Source of the DNA: an uncultured Acidobacteriota bacterium
GTDB taxonomy: Bacteria > Acidobacteriota > UBA6911
NCBI GenBank assembly: GCA_963809485.1
Contig: CAWEJX010000001.1
Location: forward strand, 502,091-566,090
Reading direction: 5' to 3'
DNA length: 64,000 nucleotides
The notes below the pieces were generated by a model. It had not been told where the DNA came from and did not search any database. It saw only the letters and a program-made list of their open reading frames with translations. Below, one piece after another: positions 37,351 to 47,780 of the stretch. The translations under genes were made by a program, and so were the position numbers. Every line of letters starts with the position of its first letter. Position 1 is the stretch's first letter.

Positions 37351-38007
37351 TCAGTTGAAATGCGGATTCTCGGGCTTGATATGTTCGAATCTGCGAACCA
37401 GCACAAGAGTTTCGAGCTGCTGCTGAAGGACCGGTATTAGCACATCGCATCGCCGGGACGCGTCGTCCAATTCGAGCAATTCCTGTTTCTGTTCTATGGG
37501 AAGGTTCAGTGTCATGGCCACCATATTGACAAGCGATTCAAAATCCAGTTGAGGCATAAGTTCCAGCGCATGCTGTTTGACGCCGGTTGCCAGCTCCGTG
37601 AATCGGGCAAAGAGGCTTGCTAAATGATTGTGGCGCCTTATGATATCGGGTGAACGCTCATCGCAGGATACTTCCTCCATCTTCTCAACTTCCACTATGC
37701 GGTAGGGCGAATGCTGAACTTCGCGGACATAGCGTACGCGGTGGATCCCCACTACAACGATGTTGAATTTACCGTCTTCCAGCTCTTCATAGGTCTCGAT
37801 TTTCCCCAGGCAGGCCACATCATGCACCGCGGAAACGCTGCTGTAGCTCGATTCCGAACCCGTCCGCAACAGGGCGATGACGAGTTCTCCGTTCCCGGCA
37901 ATAGCCTCACGAATCATGGTTCGGTACCTCTCCTCGAAAATGTAGAGAGGCACCGGGGTTTTGGGAAACAATACCACGTTGGGCAAAGGAAAAAGTGGCA
38001 CAATCAT
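37351..38007 (-). CDS. LON peptidase substrate-binding domain protein
   Basis: PLFPLPNVVLFP..PLYIFEERYR and QELLE; no ATPase or protease domain. Confidence 0.88.
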   Translation of the reverse strand: MIVPLFPLPNVVLFPKTPVPLYIFEERYRTMIREAIAGNGELVIALLRTGSESSYSSVSAVHDVACLGKIETYEELEDGKFNIVVVGIHRVRYVREVQHSPYRIVEVEKMEEVSCDERSPDIIRRHNHLASLFARFTELATGVKQHALELMPQLDFESLVNMVAMTLNLPIEQKQELLELDDASRRCDVLIPVLQQQLETLVLVRRFEHIKPENPHFN

Positions 38008-38059
38008 TTCATTCCGATATTATTCCGGGATTTCCGATCCGTCAACGTAAACCCGGCTT

Positions 38060-38206
38060 TAGCGGTTAGGGATTAGGGATTAGGGATTAGGGATTAGGAT
38101 AATGCTGCATCGATTATAGTGGCTGCCATTCATTCAGGAGCTTGCCGTCAACCGTACCGTTCTAATCCCTAATCCCTTATCACTAATCACTTATCCCTAA
38201 TTGCTA
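38060..38206. repeat. Inverted heptamer pair, telomere-like (TAGGGAT)n ... (CTAATCC)n
   Basis: TAGCGGT plus TAGGGAT x4 (38060-38097); CTAATCC x2, CTTATCA, CTAATCA, CTTATCC, CTAATTG, CTA (38162-38206). Confidence 0.92.
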
Positions 38207-38278
38207 TCCACCACAGTTTGATACAATTGCCTGCGAAAGCCGGATTCCCGGGCTGCTTTCCATGGAGGCCATAAACAG

Positions 38279-39187
38279 GTGCGTTCGCTCCTTCTTCTTC
38301 TGGCTCGTCAGGAAGCTTTCAAAGACTTCGCACTGAAATTCAGGTTTTTCCGGAATACGGCATCCCGCTTCGTCGCAGGGGAAGTCCTCGAAGATGCCAT
38401 AAAGGCTGTCCGTCAGGCCAATTTGCAGAAACTTCTCGGCACCCTGGACCTGTTGGGCGAAAACACTCTTTCCCCGCAGGACGCAACGGAGGAATGCCGG
38501 GAAATCATTGGACTCCTCGACAAAATCAGGGCCGAATCCATCAGTTGTAATGTCTCGATCAAGCTGACTCAGCTTGGCCTTGCCCTCGATCCGGCGTTCT
38601 GTCAAAAAAATCTTATTTCGATCGCCGAACACGCGCGCGCCTGTGGCAATTTTGTCCGCGTGGATATGGAAGATAGCCCGTACACGCAAGCTACTCTGGA
38701 TCTTGTGATCCGCGCCCACGAGCAATTCGGCAACGTGGGAACCGTGATCCAATCCTATCTTTACCGCAGCGAAGAGGACACGGCAAGGCTACTCAAAAAG
38801 CGCATACGCATCCGGCTGGTGAAGGGCGCATACAAAGAACCGGAAAGCATCGCATTCCGCAGTAAAAAGGATACCGATGCAAATTTCATCAAACTGATGC
38901 AGATGCTTCTGACCAGCGGGGTCTACAACGCCATCGCCACCCACGATGAATCTATTATCCTGGCCACAAAGGAATTTGCACATTCACGAAGCATATCCAA
39001 GGAGGATTTTGAATTTCAGATGCTTTACGGGGTGCGGCGCGATCTTCAATTACAGCTCGCCCGTGAAGGTTATAACGTCCGCATCTATATCCCTTATGGC
39101 CGGAGCTGGTATCCCTATTTTATGAGGCGGCTTGCCGAACGTCCGGCCAACGTGGCGTTTATCCTCCGGAACTTGTTTAAGGATTAG
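38279..39187 (+). CDS. Monofunctional proline dehydrogenase
   Basis: RFVAGE, SIKLTQLG, VDMED, RLVKGAY, ATHD and YFMRRLAERPAN motifs. Confidence 0.93.
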   Translation: MRSLLLLLARQEAFKDFALKFRFFRNTASRFVAGEVLEDAIKAVRQANLQKLLGTLDLLGENTLSPQDATEECREIIGLLDKIRAESISCNVSIKLTQLGLALDPAFCQKNLISIAEHARACGNFVRVDMEDSPYTQATLDLVIRAHEQFGNVGTVIQSYLYRSEEDTARLLKKRIRIRLVKGAYKEPESIAFRSKKDTDANFIKLMQMLLTSGVYNAIATHDESIILATKEFAHSRSISKEDFEFQMLYGVRRDLQLQLAREGYNVRIYIPYGRSWYPYFMRRLAERPANVAFILRNLFKD

Positions 39188-39196
39188 GGGGGAGAT

Positions 39197-39622
39197 ATGG
39201 AGGAATCCGTACTTGTCTGCACACAGTGCGGCACCAAAAACCGACTGAAAATAGCCACCGCAGATCAGGTTCCCGTCTGCGGCAAATGCCGGCACGCATT
39301 GCCCTGGATCATCACCGGCACCGATATCAGCTTCCGCAGAGAGCTCGAGACATCCACACCGGTTCTGGTCGACTTCTGGGCCGAATGGTGCGCTCCATGC
39401 CGCATAACGGCGCCCGTGCTGGAGGACCTTGCCCGGGACAAAGCCGGGCAAATAAAAATCGTCAAGGTGAATGTGGACCACAATCCGGCGACGGCGGAAC
39501 AGTTCAACATCCGGAGCATTCCCACGCTGATCCTGTTTAAAAACGGCCAGGCTGTGGAAACTCTAGTCGGAGCTATGTCCAAAGATGCGCTCCTGGAGCG
39601 CCTGGGCGGTCATCTGGCCTGA
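39197..39622 (+). CDS. trxC: Thioredoxin 2 with N-terminal zinc finger
   Basis: CTQC..NR..CGKC plus WCAPC active site. Confidence 0.9.
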   Translation: MEESVLVCTQCGTKNRLKIATADQVPVCGKCRHALPWIITGTDISFRRELETSTPVLVDFWAEWCAPCRITAPVLEDLARDKAGQIKIVKVNVDHNPATAEQFNIRSIPTLILFKNGQAVETLVGAMSKDALLERLGGHLA

Positions 39623-39742
39623 TGATGCCGATTCATGCAGGGAGCGGCATGCGGCCTGCGATCCGGGCTTTGCGATGGGTCCCCGGCTCATCGCGGGAGC
39701 CATCCGGCTGCAGACCCGGCTGGATTCTTCGGCTATAAGTTC

Positions 39743-40612
39743 CTATAGTGTTTCTTCCCAGAGATCCGCTTCGTAGGCGATCCTGGCTTCTCCCTCCAGG
39801 AACACATCCTTGAATTGGATCGCTTCCGGCTGCTGGGCCGATCGCACAAGATCGAAATAAATGATCAAATCTTCACCGCTGCGCGTGCGCACCTCAACTG
39901 GGGATTGGACCCGGTTTCGCACGGCGGATATGAGCGTAGACGCAATCGCTCCGGTACCGCATGCCAGAGTTTCGCCTTCGACGCCGCGTTCGTAGGTTCG
40001 CACCAGGATGTGGCGCGCATCGTGCACATATACGAAATTTGCGTTTGTGCCTGCGGGCTGAAAGTGCGGGTCAAACCGGATCGCCCGCCCCCAGCCGTCG
40101 ACATCGGCGGATTCCAACTCCCGTGCGTTTTGCGCGAACCAGACCGCATGAGGTACGCCCGTATTGACAAAATCAAGGTCGAAGGAGCGTCCGTCCGCCT
40201 CCAGACGGATGTCCGTCCGCAGGCTGTGAGGCCGGGTCATTTGGACCTTGACCTTCGCGCCCGAAATTTCAGCCTTGATAATTCCGGCCAGCGTGCGGAA
40301 CGCCATGCTCGGCCGGGAGACAATTCCCGTGCGGTATGCGAACCGCGCCGCACAGCGGGCGCCGTTGCCGCACATCTCAGCCTCACTGGCATCGGCGTTG
40401 AAGAAACGCCATTTGAAATCGACCTCGGGATCGTTTTCAATCAGTATCATCCCGTCGGCACCCACGGAGAGCTTGTGGCGGCAAGCCTGTCGAACCAGGT
40501 CCCGGCAATTGTCCGCGTCGATAATGCCTTCCCTGTTGTCGATCAGGATGAAATCGTTGCCGGTGCCGGTCATCTTGAAAAAGTGAATTCGTTGTTCCGT
40601 CCCTCGAGTCAT
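39743..40612 (-). CDS. dapF: Diaminopimelate epimerase
   Basis: KMTGTGNDF, EMCGNGARC, TGVPH and ERGVEGETLACGTG motifs. Confidence 0.95.
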   Translation of the reverse strand: MTRGTEQRIHFFKMTGTGNDFILIDNREGIIDADNCRDLVRQACRHKLSVGADGMILIENDPEVDFKWRFFNADASEAEMCGNGARCAARFAYRTGIVSRPSMAFRTLAGIIKAEISGAKVKVQMTRPHSLRTDIRLEADGRSFDLDFVNTGVPHAVWFAQNARELESADVDGWGRAIRFDPHFQPAGTNANFVYVHDARHILVRTYERGVEGETLACGTGAIASTLISAVRNRVQSPVEVRTRSGEDLIIYFDLVRSAQQPEAIQFKDVFLEGEARIAYEADLWEETL

Positions 40613-41880
40613 AAACGGGCTGCTCCCTGAATAAAATCGGGTATGGATTCGCCGCGGATGAGATCTTCCCAGGATTCGCGTTGCCTGATGACATGAACCC
40701 GGTTCCCATCGACCAGCACTTCGGCGGCGCGCGTCCTGGCGTTGTAGTTTGAGGCCATCGAAAAACCGTAGGCGCCGGCGCTCATTACCGCCAGCGCTTC
40801 CCCCGGCTGCATCGCCGGCAGGCTGCGCTCGCGCGCCAGGAAATCCGAGGATTCGCAGATCGGGCCCACAACGTCCACGACCCGGGATTCCCGCTGCTGC
40901 CTGTGGACCGGCCGGATTTCATGATAGGCGCCGTACAGGCTGGGTCTTATCAGATCGTTCATTCCGGCATCCACGATTATGAATTCCTTGCTTTCCGTCT
41001 TCTTCGTGTAAAGGACCTGGGTCAGAAGTATGCCTGCATTTCCCACGATAACGCGTCCGGGCTCCAAGATCAGCCGACAAGGAAGGTCTCCGAGCTCCTG
41101 GACAATGGCCTGAGCGTACTCGCTGGGATGCGGCGGGGCCTCCTCATGATAGGGGATTCCCAGGCCTCCCCCCAGGTCCAGGCACTGGATGCGGATTCCA
41201 GCCTGCTCCAGGCGGCCAATAAGCACTTTCAGGCGTTTCAGCGCTTCGATGAAGGGAGCCGTTTCGGTCAATTGGCTGCCGATGTGGCAGTCAATTCCGA
41301 AAACGTCAATGTGTTTCAGTTCTGCAGCCCTTGCGTAAGCCTTTAAGGCCTGCTCTATGTCTATCCCGAACTTGTTTTTCTTGAGCCCGGTCGAAATGTA
41401 GGGGTGCGTTTTGGGATCGACATCGGGATTTACCCGAAGGGCTATCCTTGCCTTTTTGTCCAGAACGGCAGCGCGGCTGTTGATGGCTTCAAGTTCCTGG
41501 GCGGACTCGATGTTGAACATGAGGATTTCTTCGCGAAGAGCGTAGTCGATCTCAGCCTGCGTCTTTCCGACTCCGGAGTAGCAGATGCGATCCGCGGGAA
41601 TGCCTGCCTGCCGCGCTCTGTAAAGCTCTCCCCCCGACACGATATCCGCGCCGCCGCCCATTTTGGCAAATAGGCCAAGGATGGCTATGCTGGCGTTTGC
41701 TTTCACCGAATAGCAGGTCAGATGGGGCATGCCCTGGAAGGCTCCGTCGAAGACGCCGAAGTGATGCTTTAGAGTCGCGCAGCTGTAAACGTAAGATGGT
41801 GTCCCGACACTCCGGACGATGTCCTGAAGCGAAACACCTTCGCAGTGCAGTTCATCTCCCTGGTAAGCGAAATGGTGCAT
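40609..41880 (-). CDS. lysA: Diaminopimelate decarboxylase
   Basis: YSVKAN, HIGSQ, EPGR, VGPICES and GAYGFSMASNYN motifs. Confidence 0.96.
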   Translation of the reverse strand: MHHFAYQGDELHCEGVSLQDIVRSVGTPSYVYSCATLKHHFGVFDGAFQGMPHLTCYSVKANASIAILGLFAKMGGGADIVSGGELYRARQAGIPADRICYSGVGKTQAEIDYALREEILMFNIESAQELEAINSRAAVLDKKARIALRVNPDVDPKTHPYISTGLKKNKFGIDIEQALKAYARAAELKHIDVFGIDCHIGSQLTETAPFIEALKRLKVLIGRLEQAGIRIQCLDLGGGLGIPYHEEAPPHPSEYAQAIVQELGDLPCRLILEPGRVIVGNAGILLTQVLYTKKTESKEFIIVDAGMNDLIRPSLYGAYHEIRPVHRQQRESRVVDVVGPICESSDFLARERSLPAMQPGEALAVMSAGAYGFSMASNYNARTRAAEVLVDGNRVHVIRQRESWEDLIRGESIPDFIQGAARL

Positions 41881-42287
41881 GATGAATCTCTCCTTAATCT
41901 ATCCCGTACCGCAAAAACCGCCGCAGGCGTTTGCGCATAAACTTTTACTTATAGGACAATCCCAATACGCGCACAAGTAGAAACGGACAGACGAACCATT
42001 TGCCGCACACATGCGAACCCTGCGACCTATAACCTGCAACCCGCGATAATCAACACCGGATGGAGGCAGAAGAGGTTCCCTCGATGGATTGTACCAGGGC
42101 CCGATCCCAAACAACGCAAACGCCGCCGAATCCCTTGAGGCAGAGGTCCGGAAAAGCCGGCTGAGTCATTCCAGGCATTCGACAGCAGTGGTATATTGAT
42201 ATGCCAATAAAATCGGGACGTTAGGAACGAAACAATCGGGCGGTCCGGAATAATGAACAACGGCTATCACACTGACAGGAGGATTCT

Positions 42288-42815
42288 ATGGGCACCAGAG
42301 GACGAGAAATTATCGGGATGGATGTGGACGAACTGCTTAAGCTTTTGAACGGAGCGTTTGCCAGTGAGTGGCTAGCCTACTATCAGTACTGGCTTGGAGC
42401 CAAAGTGATCAAAGGCCCAATGAAAGACGCTGTGGCGGCCGAACTCACGCTCCACGCCACCGAAGAGCTGAATCACGCGGTGTTGCTGGCGACACGCATT
42501 GTACAGCTCGGAGGCACTCCGGTCACCGATCCCAGGCAATGGTTTCCCCTGAGTCCTTGTGCCTATGACGCACCGGAGGATCCTTATGTGACGGTTCTGC
42601 TCGAGCAAAATATCGCCGGCGAGCAGTGCGCCATTTCCGCCTATAAAAGTCTGATGGACGTAACCAAAGACAAGGACATGGTGACCTACAATCTCGCTCT
42701 GACCATCCTGGAGCAGGAAGTTGAGCATGAAGAGGATCTTCAGGCTCTGCAGGAGGATCTGGAACTTATGGTCGGCAGGGGAGCGGGCCCGGCTAAAGGC
42801 GGCAAAAATAGGTAA
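42288..42815 (+). CDS. Ferritin-like DPSL (DPS-like/thioferritin-type) protein
   Basis: ASEWLAYYQYW, EELNHA, paired cysteines SPCAY and GEQCAI, EVEHE; AGGAGG RBS. Confidence 0.85.
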   Translation: MGTRGREIIGMDVDELLKLLNGAFASEWLAYYQYWLGAKVIKGPMKDAVAAELTLHATEELNHAVLLATRIVQLGGTPVTDPRQWFPLSPCAYDAPEDPYVTVLLEQNIAGEQCAISAYKSLMDVTKDKDMVTYNLALTILEQEVEHEEDLQALQEDLELMVGRGAGPAKGGKNR

Positions 42816-43042
42816 AAACGCAGGCATCGGTTTGCAGGTGCGGTTCGGCTGCAACCTGAAATCATTCAGGCGGAGTTTACGGACGGGCGGATTATGCTTT
42901 CCCGCCAACTCCGCATCTCGGGGGGAAACAGGATTCTCCCAGTTTGCACCGGATTGCTCGTCCTTTCCGAGTCGCGCCCGAAACGGGCCCGAGAAATTCC
43001 CAGGCCGCTTCGGCTCTCAAAAAAGGCTGCTATTTCTTTTGA

Positions 43043-44059
43043 ATGCCATCTCCTATAATGAGTCCTATGATGGAAACCGAGGAATCCGGATCGGAAGAAA
43101 TGCTTCCGCCCGATGATGCGCATGAAAACGATGCGGCGCATGAAAACGATGCGGCGCATGAAAACACGGAGCTCGTAAAACTCGACTCCATGGAAATCAC
43201 GCGCTACGACCCGCTCCGGCGCTATTTGGCCGAAATCGGTCGTTTTGCGCCTTTGACCAGGGAAGAAGAGCATGCGCTTGCCGTTCACTACCATGCGACC
43301 GGAGACCGGGAGACCGCTTATCGCCTGGTGACATCGAACCTCAAGCTTGTGGTTAAAATTGCGATGATATATCACAAGGTCTACCGAAATCTGCTCGACC
43401 TCATCCAGGAAGGCAATCTCGGACTGATCCAGGCGGTCAAACGTTTCGATCCTCAACGGGGCACGCGCCTTCCCACCTATGCCGCATGGTGGATCAAAGC
43501 CTACATACTGAAATTCCTCCTGGACAATTCGCGAATGGTCAAGATTGGCACGACCAACGCCCGGAGGAAGATTCTGATGAACCTGAACCGGGAGAAGCGG
43601 GAACTGGAAGCTAAAGGGATCGTGCCCACATCCAAGCTGCTGGCGGAAAACCTCGGCGTCGAAGAGCAGGAGTTGCTGGAGGTGGAACAGGGCATGGCGG
43701 GTTCGGACATTTCCCTGGACGCACCGGTGGGAAGCAGCGAGACCGACACGCGGTACATCGATACTCTGCGGCTGATGGAACAGAGCGTCGATGACAAGAT
43801 CGCGCATGGGGAATTCCGCGAGCTTCTGGAAAAGAAATTCGCCGAATTTGCGGAGACCATCTCCGAACGAGAGCACGTCATCCTGACCCGGAGGCTTATC
43901 GCGGACAAGCCGGAAACGCTCCAGCAGATCGCCGATCAATATGGGATTTCGCGGGAGGCCGTGCGCGTAGCCGAGAAAAAGCTGGTCGCAAAGCTGAAGA
44001 AATACATGATCGAATCATTCGGCGACGTGCGCGGGATCGAGTTTCATCTGTCACGCTAA
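43043..44059 (+). CDS. RNA polymerase sigma factor, sigma-32/RpoH-like
   Basis: LVTSNLKLVVKIA, DLIQEGNLGL, YAAWWIKAYI, VKIGTT and ISREAVR motifs; start uncertain. Confidence 0.88.
   Translation: MPSPIMSPMMETEESGSEEMLPPDDAHENDAAHENDAAHENTELVKLDSMEITRYDPLRRYLAEIGRFAPLTREEEHALAVHYHATGDRETAYRLVTSNLKLVVKIAMIYHKVYRNLLDLIQEGNLGLIQAVKRFDPQRGTRLPTYAAWWIKAYILKFLLDNSRMVKIGTTNARRKILMNLNREKRELEAKGIVPTSKLLAENLGVEEQELLEVEQGMAGSDISLDAPVGSSETDTRYIDTLRLMEQSVDDKIAHGEFRELLEKKFAEFAETISEREHVILTRRLIADKPETLQQIADQYGISREAVRVAEKKLVAKLKKYMIESFGDVRGIEFHLSR
43118..43165 (+). repeat. In-frame 18-bp tandem repeat (about 2.7 copies) encoding AHENDA
   Basis: GCGCATGAAAACGATGCG x2 plus GCGCATGAAAAC. Confidence 0.9.
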
Positions 44060-44149
44060 GCGCCGCCACCCGGACCGATCCAACACTCGAATCCTGCCGG
44101 AAAAGCCATTCATGCACCGATCCGGCAAGGTACAAGGATTTGGATTCCG

Positions 44150-44914
44150 CTATTTCTTCGGTTCATCGGGCGATGCAGGGGGGTCGTACGTAATCGTCGC
44201 CTTGGAGCTGAACCTCTTGTAGTCGTCGTACGTAACGGTTTCTTCGACTCTGACAACCTGATCCGGGAATCTCAACCTGCTGTCGGCATGCGTCCAGACC
44301 GGAAACCAGTATTTGTCATCTATCACCTGCCGAATCGTTTCGAATTCCGGGAATTGATTATCTCTGGTCTGGGGCACCGCCTTCCCGACGGTTCGCACGA
44401 CCTGCAGATCCAGGTCGTCTACCCAGATTTTGCCCTCGAAATAAAGCCGTCCTCGTTTCATGCTTTTGGGCTTGACCGAAAAAACGTAGCAGTCCAATTC
44501 ATCGACTTTTTCCTTGCCCTGATATGTGAGGTTGTATAGGGGGAGCTCTTTGGTCGTCAGGGCAAAGGGATTGATATTGTCGATGACTTCCTTGTCTTCC
44601 TCCGTGAAGATGACGCTCCGAAGCCTGCCGCTGCGCCGGATAGGCCGTACCTCGCGGGTTCCGTCGTCATTGAAGACGACTTCCGAAACAATCGTCATCG
44701 TTTCCTTTTGCGGGACGCCATCCACGGACAGGATTCTAATGACGGCCGTCTGCGTGTAGGTGTATTGCATCCAGGCCTCATAAAACTCCGTCTCTCTCTC
44801 TGCAAACCTTTGAATGATTTGACCGGGCGTCAGTTCTTCCCTGGCGGATGTTTGCGCATAGGAAAATGAGTTCAAAAGTATCCAAATCAAACCTGAAAAA
44901 AACGCGTATCGCAC
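44150..44914 (-). CDS. Exported hypothetical protein (LolA/outer-membrane-sorting-like fold possible)
   Basis: Signal peptide, GGAGG RBS, YVFSVKPK..FEGKIWVD and YWFP motifs. Confidence 0.7.
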   Translation of the reverse strand: MRYAFFSGLIWILLNSFSYAQTSAREELTPGQIIQRFAERETEFYEAWMQYTYTQTAVIRILSVDGVPQKETMTIVSEVVFNDDGTREVRPIRRSGRLRSVIFTEEDKEVIDNINPFALTTKELPLYNLTYQGKEKVDELDCYVFSVKPKSMKRGRLYFEGKIWVDDLDLQVVRTVGKAVPQTRDNQFPEFETIRQVIDDKYWFPVWTHADSRLRFPDQVVRVEETVTYDDYKRFSSKATITYDPPASPDEPKK

Positions 44915-45091
44915 TCGTTTACCCTCCAGATTTCATGCGCCCGCAAAGCTCCTAAAATCCATCCGCGGCGGCCATCCAGCAGGCCCATTCGGAATTTTCT
45001 CACATTTCGCCTGATATTCCGAATTTTACCCGGGCTCCGCCGCGGCAAGTTTGCCGTGGCCGGGGGGCCTCATATGTTTTAAAGTACTGCT

Positions 45092-45823
45092 ATGTCTTTG
45101 CACAATGTGTCCGTCATTCTGGCAGGAGTCAAGTATCCGGGCAACATCGGGTCCGCAGCCCGTGCCATGTTCAATATGGGGCTGCGTCGCCTCGCGCTTG
45201 CCGCCCCGCAATGCAGCATCGACGAAGAATCTTACCGGCTGGCCAGGGGCGGAAGGGCTGTGCTGGATTCGGCAAAAAACCACAAATCGCTGAAAAGCGC
45301 CCTGAGGGGAATCCGCTTTCTGGCCGGCACAACCGGGAAAAGCGGCGGTTACCGCGCCCAGACCCATTCACTCCGATCGATAGTTCCGCGGATCCTCGAT
45401 CATGCGGCACGACAGCGGGTCGGCATCCTGTTCGGTCCGGAAGACACGGGATTGGTCGACGAGGATCTCAAACCCTGCCAGCTGCTGATCCGGATCCCCA
45501 CACACTACCAAGCGCACAGCATCAATCTTGCCCAGTCTGTCATGATCGTTTGCTATGAGCTTTACCTGGGAAGCCTGGTGCATGAACCGGCCCGCGTCCC
45601 GAAACTGGCCTCCGTGGAACAGGTCGACGCCATGTACGATCAAATGGAGAGGGCGCTGCTCGAGATAGGCTTTCTTCAGCCTCAGAATGCCCAGCACATG
45701 ATGTTTGCCCTGCGCCGCCTGCTTGGCAGGGCCGGTCTCGAAGCTGCGGATGTGGGAGTGCTGAGAGGCATCGCGCGCCAGATCAGCTGGTACGCCGATG
45801 CACGCCGGCCGGGTAGAGAATAA
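45092..45823 (+). CDS. trmJ: SPOUT RNA methyltransferase, TrmJ/LasT family
   Basis: PGNIGSAARAMFNMG, LFGPEDTGL and SINLAQSV motifs. Confidence 0.88.
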   Translation: MSLHNVSVILAGVKYPGNIGSAARAMFNMGLRRLALAAPQCSIDEESYRLARGGRAVLDSAKNHKSLKSALRGIRFLAGTTGKSGGYRAQTHSLRSIVPRILDHAARQRVGILFGPEDTGLVDEDLKPCQLLIRIPTHYQAHSINLAQSVMIVCYELYLGSLVHEPARVPKLASVEQVDAMYDQMERALLEIGFLQPQNAQHMMFALRRLLGRAGLEAADVGVLRGIARQISWYADARRPGRE

Positions 45824-45855
45824 ACCAGCCTGAATGTGCCGTTTGCCGCCGGAAG

Positions 45856-46081
45856 CAGTCATCTACCTCCGGAAGAGCCGGAGGCTTGATTGTTTACCGC
45901 TCAAAGCGGTTGGATGAACTACAATGCCCATAACCGCCGACATACGTTGGCAAGTGCCGATGAGACGCATCCGATGCCTTATAGATCAGCGTTCGCCGGT
46001 GTTTTGTCAGTGTATGTCGGCGTTCAATGATCCTGGAACCGTTAAACTCTGTAAGTCCCCCAGCAGAGCTGGTAGATTGCC
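45856..46081. mobile_element. Non-autonomous IS200/IS605-type palindromic element, copy 2
   Basis: Collinear with 27581-27974: CCTCCGGAAGAGCCGGAGG, ACCGCTCAAAGCGGTT, CCGTTAAACTCTGTAAGTCCCCCAGCAGAGCTGG. Confidence 0.72.
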
Positions 46082-46113
46082 AGTTTATTCGGGATGAGGC
46101 CTGATTGCCCGGG

Positions 46114-46809
46114 TTAACGTTTGAAATCGATCCTATCGGTGTTAAGCCGGAAACCGGGTTGAGAAAAAGCTTCCTTCCAGGGAACCCCGTAGGAATCGAG
46201 CAGCAGCCTGTTCGGCCCCGTGGGAGTCTGCATATTGCCTTTAAGGTCGGTGTATTGAAAAATGGACATGCGGAACCTGTTGGCTGCAGTCAATCCGCCG
46301 GCCTTTTCGTAATTATAGACACCCGAGAATGTGCCGATCCGCGGTCCGGCCTTTTCAAAAACCGGCGCTCCCTGCAGCGATTCAGCCGGCATAAATTTCA
46401 GCAGCGAGTTGGTCAGCGGCAACAGAGCCTCCATCTTCTTGACCGTAAAAACCTTTTCAAAAGGCATTGCGTGCGCAGCCATCGAAGATTCCACAGCAGC
46501 GGCTATTTCGGTGCGGGTGTATCTGCTGCTGTTGCGCAATTCCTGGATCTGCAGGGAAAGCCCTTCCCAATCCACTCTGTCACTGGCGCCGTTGAGGCAT
46601 TTGTCCACCTGCTGCCAGTGAAGCATCTTGGGCTTGCCACGAGTTTTCAGTTTACACGGAAATTGAGCAGCTGCCGATTGATAGGCCTCTGAAACCATCG
46701 CATCCACTTTTGCTTTAAAATCGGGGTCCATGTCCTGGCCCATGCCTGGAATGGCGAAGGCGAACAGGAGCCCGCAGAAAAGGGTGGGAAAAACAGGCAG
46801 CACCTTCAT
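46114..46809 (-). CDS. Exported hypothetical protein
   Basis: Long ORF with signal peptide, downstream of the HEAT-repeat gene; start uncertain. Confidence 0.65.
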   Translation of the reverse strand: MKVLPVFPTLFCGLLFAFAIPGMGQDMDPDFKAKVDAMVSEAYQSAAAQFPCKLKTRGKPKMLHWQQVDKCLNGASDRVDWEGLSLQIQELRNSSRYTRTEIAAAVESSMAAHAMPFEKVFTVKKMEALLPLTNSLLKFMPAESLQGAPVFEKAGPRIGTFSGVYNYEKAGGLTAANRFRMSIFQYTDLKGNMQTPTGPNRLLLDSYGVPWKEAFSQPGFRLNTDRIDFKR

Positions 46810-46886
46810 AGCTCTAAGGCTCATAAATTGCGGAATTCCTCCCATACGGGAACCGGCAGATACGGTCCCGGGGAACATTGCCCCTG

Positions 46887-47780
46887 TTATTTTCTGGCGT
46901 TCGCCGAAAGCCTTCGTATGGCCAATTCGGCTGCAGCGGCCACGCTGGCGTCCCTGTCGGCGCTTAGGGGCTTGAGCTGTTTAACATTGTCAGCGCTCCC
47001 GAGGAGTGCCACCGCCGTAACAGCGCTTTGACGTACTCCGGGATGCCGATCCCTCAGGCATCGCAGAATTCTCGGGAGTGCGCTGCGCGCTTCCAAGGCC
47101 ACAAGGCCCTCGATGGCCGCCACGCGAATATCCGGCGCGCGGTCTGAAGTTGCATCTTCCAGGGCTTTCACCGACGCCTCGCTTTTGTCGGCGACAAGTA
47201 TTTCGATAGCTTTTTCACGGTCCTGCACCTTCGAGCTTTCAGCCAGGGCTTTCACGGCCTGTTCGGGAGTCTCCAGAGCATCGTTCTTTTTCGTAACGAC
47301 GCCGGAGCCGAGGTAGATAATGCCAGGCTGGATAGGTTCATTGCCTCGCGGAAAAATGCGGACCATGCTGATTGGCTCCGACCCCGGCGCTCCCGGCTTG
47401 TATAGAAAAACCGTGTTGCTGCCTGCGGCAATGCGCTGGATGGCTTCAGCCATCGGAATCTGGTTCAGGCGCACGGAAACCGGCGAATTTTCCTGCGAAC
47501 GCACCTCGAAAATGATTCCCGTCCGCTCAGCCAGGTCCTGAAGTGCTGTCTGCAACGGGCAGTCAAAAATCTCCGCCGTGACTCTCTCCCCTTCGATGCG
47601 GATTTTCAATACAGCTGGAGTTTGAGCCTGTTTCTTTGCCGACGGCTGATTTCCCGCAACGGAGGGAACAACTGAAGGCCGTTGAGCCGGTGTATCGGGG
47701 CATAGAACCATCATGCCAAAAAGCACCAGACAGACTGCTTTCACCGATTTGTATCTGCTTCTTCCCTCAATCATAATCAT
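46887..47780 (-). CDS. Exported HEAT-repeat protein with secretin/TonB N0-like N-terminal domain
   Basis: PLQTALQDLAERTG motif; C-terminal DRAPDIRVAAIEGL and DRHPGVRQSAVTAV repeats. Confidence 0.75.
   Translation of the reverse strand: MIMIEGRSRYKSVKAVCLVLFGMMVLCPDTPAQRPSVVPSVAGNQPSAKKQAQTPAVLKIRIEGERVTAEIFDCPLQTALQDLAERTGIIFEVRSQENSPVSVRLNQIPMAEAIQRIAAGSNTVFLYKPGAPGSEPISMVRIFPRGNEPIQPGIIYLGSGVVTKKNDALETPEQAVKALAESSKVQDREKAIEILVADKSEASVKALEDATSDRAPDIRVAAIEGLVALEARSALPRILRCLRDRHPGVRQSAVTAVALLGSADNVKQLKPLSADRDASVAAAAELAIRRLSANARK

Noticed and set aside
38060-38206. True telomere or CRISPR array
   Set aside because: The repeats are internal, short and lack unique spacers, and no cas genes are present.
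41881-42287. Lysine riboswitch upstream of lysA
   Set aside because: I could not find the conserved AGAGG-led core on the minus strand by eye; a covariance-model search would be needed.
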